NCBI GenBank assembly: GCA_035390665.1
Contig: DAOOUC010000002.1
Coordinates: 92,143-124,142, forward strand
DNA: 32,000 bases
DNA from: an archaeon
GTDB lineage: Archaea; Iainarchaeota; Iainarchaeia; Iainarchaeales; CSSED10-239
Direction: 5' to 3'
Shown: in pieces, positions 27,036 to 32,000 of the stretch
How the letters are laid out: each line of letters opens with the position of its first letter
How positions within the stretch are numbered: the first letter of the stretch is position 1
Position numbers and translations under genes: made by a program
Notes under the pieces: model-generated
Databases searched by the model: none
Told to the model about the DNA's origin: nothing
Seen by the model: only the letters and a program-made list of their open reading frames with translations

Positions 27036-28724
27036 ATGTCAAACAACGATGCAATCAAACTGTTAATTTTAGAAAATGCCGTAAAATATAAAGGAACAGC
27101 AGATAAGAAGTTTGTGTTTGGTGGGGTATTAGCAAACCACCCAGAATATAGAACTAAACAACAAGAATTGCACGAAATCTTGGACAAGCTTATATCAGAA
27201 ATTAACTCTTTGGATTTAGACACTCAAAAACAAGAACTTGAAAAGTTAAATCCAAACTTTTTTGATAAAAAAGATAAAGTTGAACGTAACATTTTTGCTT
27301 TTCTAAATATAAAAAACGGAGATAAAGTCATAAGTGCTTTTCCACCAAGTCCAGAAAAGTATTATCACATAGGGCATGCAAAAGCAATTCTTCTTAATTA
27401 TCTTTTGTCTCAAAAATATAATGGAAAGTTCTATTTAAGATTTGAAGACACAAATCCAGAAAAGGTTTTGCCGGAGTTTTATACAATAATGCTTGAAGAC
27501 ATTGGTTGGCTTGGTGTTAAATGGGATCAGGTTCAATATGCTTCAGATCATATGGATTTATTTATATCTTGTGCAGAGAAATTAATTAAAGAAAACAAAG
27601 CTTACATGTGTTTCTGTAAACCAGAAGAAGCAAGTGATAAAAGAGCAAAAGGAGAAGATTGTTCTTGTAGAAATCACACCCTTGAAGAAAATTTAAAATT
27701 CTGGAATGAGTTTTCAAGTTATCCTGAAGGTAAAGCAGTTTTAAGATTAAAGATTGACATGAAACACAAGAATTACAGAATGAGAGATCCAACAATCTTT
27801 AGAAGAATAGATACAAAACACCCAAGAATAGGCGATAAATATAATATTTATCCAATGTATGATTTTCAAAATCCAATAATGGATGGTTATTTTAATATTA
27901 CTCATAGACTGAGAACAGTTGAGTTTGAGATGGCTAGTGAGTTACATCATTATATTAGAAATATTTTAGGTCTTTATGACACCTATACCTATGAGTTTTC
28001 AAGACTTAACTTTGAAGGAACAGAGTCAAGTGGAAGAGTAATTAGAGAAAAAGTAGAGTCTGGAGAATTGATTGGTTGGGATGATCCAAGTCTTCCAACT
28101 TTAAGGGCATTAAAAAGAAGAGGTTTTACCCCCCAAGCAATTACTCAAATGGTAATTGAAAGCGGGATAACAAAATCTTCTGGTTCTTTATTGACTTGGG
28201 ATACTTTAATAAAATATAATAAAAGAATATTAAACGACAGCTCAAAAAGATTCTTTTTTATTAAAGAACCGACAGAAATATTAATATCAGAAGACAAAAA
28301 TAAAGAATTTTTATTAGAGATGCATCCAAGTGTTTCTTTGGGTAAAAGAAATTTCAAATCAACAGGGAAATATTATCTTGAAAAAGAAGATGTTGATTCT
28401 TTTAAAGATGGAGTTTTAGTAAGATTAATGGATAATATTAATTTTATTTATACAAAAAAAATAAATAAATTCCATTCAGAGGATTATTTAAATTTTAAAA
28501 ATTTTAAAGAAGAGAAGAAGATTATTCACTTTCTTCCAGCAGATAAAAATCAATTGTTAACTGCAACAATCTTTATGCCTGATCATAGAATTATCAAAGG
28601 AATTGCAGAAAAGAATATTCAATCTTTAAAGGTTGGAGAGATTATTCAATTTGAAAGATTTGGATTCTGTAGATTGGATTCAATAACTGAAGAAAATGTT
28701 TATAACTTTTGGTTTACACATTAA
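27036..28724 (+). CDS. gltX: Glutamyl-tRNA synthetase (archaeal type)
   Basis: FPPSPEKYYHIGHAKAILLNYLLSQKYNGKFYLRFEDTNPEK, ELHHYIRNILGLYDTYTYEFSRLNFEGTESSGRVIRE, GWDDPSLPTLRALKRRGFTPQAI. Confidence 0.95.
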   Translation: MSNNDAIKLLILENAVKYKGTADKKFVFGGVLANHPEYRTKQQELHEILDKLISEINSLDLDTQKQELEKLNPNFFDKKDKVERNIFAFLNIKNGDKVISAFPPSPEKYYHIGHAKAILLNYLLSQKYNGKFYLRFEDTNPEKVLPEFYTIMLEDIGWLGVKWDQVQYASDHMDLFISCAEKLIKENKAYMCFCKPEEASDKRAKGEDCSCRNHTLEENLKFWNEFSSYPEGKAVLRLKIDMKHKNYRMRDPTIFRRIDTKHPRIGDKYNIYPMYDFQNPIMDGYFNITHRLRTVEFEMASELHHYIRNILGLYDTYTYEFSRLNFEGTESSGRVIREKVESGELIGWDDPSLPTLRALKRRGFTPQAITQMVIESGITKSSGSLLTWDTLIKYNKRILNDSSKRFFFIKEPTEILISEDKNKEFLLEMHPSVSLGKRNFKSTGKYYLEKEDVDSFKDGVLVRLMDNINFIYTKKINKFHSEDYLNFKNFKEEKKIIHFLPADKNQLLTATIFMPDHRIIKGIAEKNIQSLKVGEIIQFERFGFCRLDSITEENVYNFWFTH

Positions 28725-28740
28725 AAAGGAGAAATAAAAG

Positions 28741-29304
28741 ATGTTACAAAAAATAAATGATGAAGTATATAAGATTGCATGTGATTCAAACATGTATTAC
28801 ATAAAACCATTAGAGCTTGTAATTGATACAGGTAATTTTCAAGAAAGAGCAATGGTTGAAAGAGAGTTGAAAAGTGTAGTTGATCCCGCAACCATAAAAA
28901 CAGTTATCTTTACTCATCTTCATTATGATCACATAGGTAACTTCAATATGTTTCCTAATGCCAAATTTTATGCGCATAAAGACGAAATTTCTTATTTTGA
29001 AATGAACAAAGAAGGAGCTGTATTAAATCCAGTAATTGTTAAGAAATTTACTCCAAAATTAATTAGTATTGCAAGATTAAAACTACCTAAAAGATATGAG
29101 ATTATTCACACACCCGGTCATACAGGTGGTTCAATATGTATCCTAGATAATGTAAAAAAAATTCTTTTCTCAGGAGACACACTTTTCTATGACGGTCATG
29201 GAAGAGTTGATCTTCCAAGTTCTGAAGCAAAAAAGATGGAAAAAACCTTAGATTTGATAGCAGATCTTGATTTTGAAACTCTTTGCCCAGGTCACGATTA
29301 TTAA
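28741..29304 (+). CDS. MBL-fold metallo-hydrolase
   Basis: IFTHLHYDHIGNFNMFPNAKFYAHKDE, IIHTPGHTGGSICI, LFSGDTLF, CPGHDY. Confidence 0.9.
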   Translation: MLQKINDEVYKIACDSNMYYIKPLELVIDTGNFQERAMVERELKSVVDPATIKTVIFTHLHYDHIGNFNMFPNAKFYAHKDEISYFEMNKEGAVLNPVIVKKFTPKLISIARLKLPKRYEIIHTPGHTGGSICILDNVKKILFSGDTLFYDGHGRVDLPSSEAKKMEKTLDLIADLDFETLCPGHDY

Positions 29305-29316
29305 TTTTGAAAAATT

Positions 29317-29871
29317 ATGGAACAAGAGAAACATTCTTTTGAAACAATTGTTTTAAATAATGAAAAAGACGTTCTTGATTTCTATAAGCAAAATCCAACA
29401 AAATTTAGGCAAATCTATGATATCTTTGATAAAGAATTACATCTTGGTTCTCATCAAAAATTTCAGGAATGGGTAAAAGAGCTAGCAGCTGGTCCAAAGA
29501 CTACTTTTTTTCTAATTACTAATAATAAAGAAGTAATTGGAGCAATCTATGGATATGATGTTGTGTTAAAAAAGCATTTTGAGTTATCAATGGTTGGTAT
29601 AAAAAAAGAATATCAAGGAAAACTCTATGGCACAAAACTTATGGCAAAAGCAATGTCAATAATTTTTAGAAAAGGTTATGAAAAGATTGAAATGCTTGCT
29701 TTAGAGAAAACAAAAAGAATAAATTCTTATTTAACTGGAGAATTAGCAGATAAATTAGGAAAAAAAAGAAAATTTATATCAGATTTTGAATATAAATTAA
29801 CCACAGATCCTAAAAACACCTCTAAGCAAAAAATAACAAGGGTTTCAAAACCGAGAAGTTTTGCAAAATAA
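29317..29871 (+). CDS. GNAT-family N-acetyltransferase
   Basis: FELSMVGIKKEYQGKLYGTKLMAKAMSIIFRKGYEKIEMLALEKTKR acetyl-CoA-binding motif. Confidence 0.75.
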   Translation: MEQEKHSFETIVLNNEKDVLDFYKQNPTKFRQIYDIFDKELHLGSHQKFQEWVKELAAGPKTTFFLITNNKEVIGAIYGYDVVLKKHFELSMVGIKKEYQGKLYGTKLMAKAMSIIFRKGYEKIEMLALEKTKRINSYLTGELADKLGKKRKFISDFEYKLTTDPKNTSKQKITRVSKPRSFAK

Positions 29872-30507
29872 TTATTCAATAATAATCTTAAATTTTTTAA
29901 GTTCTTTTTTTAGTTTGGTATAGTCTCCGGTAAAATGTATGGCATTAATTCCAAGTTCTAATGCAGGATATACATCATCAAATGGGTTGTCACCAATCAT
30001 TATAATTTCAGAAGGGTTTGATACTCCAGATATTCTTTGCATTTCTAAATATAATATTGGATCTGGTTTAATGGTTCCAAGCTCGTATGAAAATAAAGGA
30101 TAATCAATATATTTTAGCAATTTGGTTTCTTTTTCTAAAACACCTCTAATAAACACAGAACTATTAGTAATTATCCCAATTTTTATTTTTTGTTTTTTTA
30201 ATTGTGTAATTAATGGAATAACAAAATCATAAAGCACAATATGTGTTTCTGCTTTTCCTCTTATGGAAATAATCTTAAGTACATTTCCTTTTGTGGGGTT
30301 AATACCAAGCTCTCTAAGTAGTTCAGAATATGCATCATATTCCGTTTCCCAAACTTTTGTCTGTACAACTCTTTCAAATATTTTAATTACTTCTTCGTGT
30401 GGTCTTTTAATCTTAAATGCTTTTTCAATTTCTCTTATGGCGCTACTTGTGTATGATTTTCTATAGCAAAGAGTGTTCCATAAATCAAATATTATAAGTT
30501 TAATCAT
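29872..30507 (-). CDS. HAD-superfamily hydrolase (DLWNT motif I)
   Basis: LIIFDLWNTLCYRKSYTS, IGIITNSSVFIRG, FSYELGTIKPDPILYLEM, IMIGDNPFDDVYPALELG. Confidence 0.88.
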   Translation of the reverse strand: MIKLIIFDLWNTLCYRKSYTSSAIREIEKAFKIKRPHEEVIKIFERVVQTKVWETEYDAYSELLRELGINPTKGNVLKIISIRGKAETHIVLYDFVIPLITQLKKQKIKIGIITNSSVFIRGVLEKETKLLKYIDYPLFSYELGTIKPDPILYLEMQRISGVSNPSEIIMIGDNPFDDVYPALELGINAIHFTGDYTKLKKELKKFKIIIE

Positions 30508-30565
30508 AGAAACAATTAAACAACCTAAATATTTTTAAATGATTCTAATGCTAATATTTAGGAAT

Positions 30566-32000
30566 ATGGACACGAATTTTAATACCGGATTATCAGAAAC
30601 TGAAGTACAATATAAGCTAAAAGAATATGGGCTTAATAAGATAAGTGTTGCTAAAAAAAATACATTTCTAAAGATGTTATTTTCTCAATTTACTTCTTTA
30701 ATTATTATTATATTATTAATCTGTGCTTTTATTTTCTTGTTTATAGGAGATACTTTAGAGTTTTTTCTAGTTTTAGTTATTGTTCTTGTTAATGGAGTTA
30801 TTGGTTTTATTCAAGAATATAAAGCAGATAGAGCTGTAGAGTCTTTGAAAAAGATGTTAGTCTTAAAAGCAGAAGTATTAAGAGACGGAAGTAGAAAAGA
30901 AATTAATTCTGAAGAGCTAGTGCCAGGAGATATTGTTTATGTTTATGAAGGAGACAAGGTACCTGCAGATTTGAAAATTTTAGAGAATTATTCTCTTTTA
31001 GTTGATGAATCAATATTAAATGGAGAAAGTACACCAACAAGAAAAGATTTAAAAGAGAATAATCTTTTATTTTCAGGAACAACAATTGTTAGTGGAAAAG
31101 GAAAAGCAATTGTAGAAAATACAGGAATGAAAACCGAATTTGGTAAAATTGTTAATCTTGTTTCTGAAGATAAACAAGAAAGGACAAATCTAGAGAAAGA
31201 CATTGATTATCTTTCTAAGGTTTTAGTATATATAATGATTGTAGGTTTTGTGATTTTGTTTATTCTTGGACTAGTTAGAGGGCAACCAATTCTTACAATA
31301 TTTTTAATATCTGTCTCTCTTGCAATTTCAGCAATTCCTGAAGGGTTACCAATAGTTATGACTTTAACTCTAGCTAATGGCGTACAATTAATGTCAAAGA
31401 AAAATGCAATTGTTAAAAAGTTAAATTCAGTAGAAGCATTAGGGTCAACAACAGTTATTTGTTCAGATAAGACAGGAACCCTAACATTAAATGAGATGAC
31501 TGTTGAAAAGCTTCATACTTTAGTTTTTGAAAAAAATATTTCTGCAACAGGTTATGCTTATGATAAACAGGAAATAATTGATAACAGAGATGCTCATAAA
31601 CTAATAGATATTGCAAACAACTGTAATAATGCAATTATTGATAAAGCCATTTTTGGAGACCCAACAGAAATTGCTTTAAAGGTTCTTGCCAAAAAATCAA
31701 GACTTGAAAATAATTATAAGTTTGTAGATGAGATTCCTTTTTCTTCTGAAAGAAAGATGATGTCAACAGTTCATGAGATTAGTGGACAATATGAGATGTT
31801 TAGTAAAGGTGCTTTAAGTGAAATTTTAAAAAGGTCTAATAAGATTCTAGATAACGGCAAAGTAAGAGCAATAACAAAAAAAGATATAGAGTTCTTTGAA
31901 AAACTTGAAGAAAAATATGCGATGCAGGCTTTAAGAGTTTTAGGTTTTTCATATAAGCTAATGCCAAATCTAAAAGATAAAAAAGAAAGTGATTTTATTT
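30566..32000 (+). CDS. Type II-like cation-transporting P-type ATPase (3' end outside window)
   Basis: Open reading frame to the window end (not in the track): MDTNFNTGLSETEVQYKLKEYGLNKI..., VDESILNGESTPTRK, AISAIPEGLPIVMTLTLANGVQLMSKKNAIVKKLNSVEALGSTTVICSDKTGTLTLNEMTV. Confidence 0.93.
   Translation, partial: MDTNFNTGLSETEVQYKLKEYGLNKISVAKKNTFLKMLFSQFTSLIIIILLICAFIFLFIGDTLEFFLVLVIVLVNGVIGFIQEYKADRAVESLKKMLVLKAEVLRDGSRKEINSEELVPGDIVYVYEGDKVPADLKILENYSLLVDESILNGESTPTRKDLKENNLLFSGTTIVSGKGKAIVENTGMKTEFGKIVNLVSEDKQERTNLEKDIDYLSKVLVYIMIVGFVILFILGLVRGQPILTIFLISVSLAISAIPEGLPIVMTLTLANGVQLMSKKNAIVKKLNSVEALGSTTVICSDKTGTLTLNEMTVEKLHTLVFEKNISATGYAYDKQEIIDNRDAHKLIDIANNCNNAIIDKAIFGDPTEIALKVLAKKSRLENNYKFVDEIPFSSERKMMSTVHEISGQYEMFSKGALSEILKRSNKILDNGKVRAITKKDIEFFEKLEEKYAMQALRVLGFSYKLMPNLKDKKESDFI

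Noticed and set aside
29872-30507. HAD protein as another inactive enzyme because motif I is DLWNT (second Asp replaced by Trp)
   Set aside because: Aromatic residues at this position occur in characterised HAD members such as dehalogenase-type enzymes, and the other motifs (TNS, K, GDNPxxD) are intact. Loss of function cannot be argued.

Overview
AT-rich window (roughly 30% GC, estimated by eye) from an archaeal chromosome, probably a DPANN archaeon of Woesearchaeota/Pacearchaeota type. That placement is inferred from NMD3, ribosomal L10e, beta-CASP RNase, TRM11-like methylase, archaeal-type TyrRS/GluRS, and TATA-box and GGTG leader signals. It contains informational genes (serS 3' end, smc, adk, rpl10e, ndk, tyrS, gltX), one tRNA-Arg(CCU), a Trk potassium uptake pair, two Ig-like surface proteins, a coiled-coil protein, and a P-type ATPase running off the right end. 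Two observations stand out. (1) There is an archaeal pilus/type II secretion-like locus (about 16.0-21.2 kb) with an apparently intact prepilin peptidase. Its secretion ATPase homologue has lost the P-loop GKT, the Walker B region glutamate and the His-box histidine. The usual two-domain TadC/FlaJ platform appears to be two separate ORFs. A PHP-like protein with a degraded metal site lies immediately upstream. Further along is a thioredoxin-fold protein with SGPS in place of CGPC. (2) A structured intergenic region (about 21.65-21.85 kb) contains a 15-nt stretch perfectly complementary to the 5' leader of a 25-codon Lys/Ala-rich mini-ORF about 2.9 kb downstream. It is a candidate non-coding RNA and target pair. 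No CRISPR array, transposon or rRNA was found.
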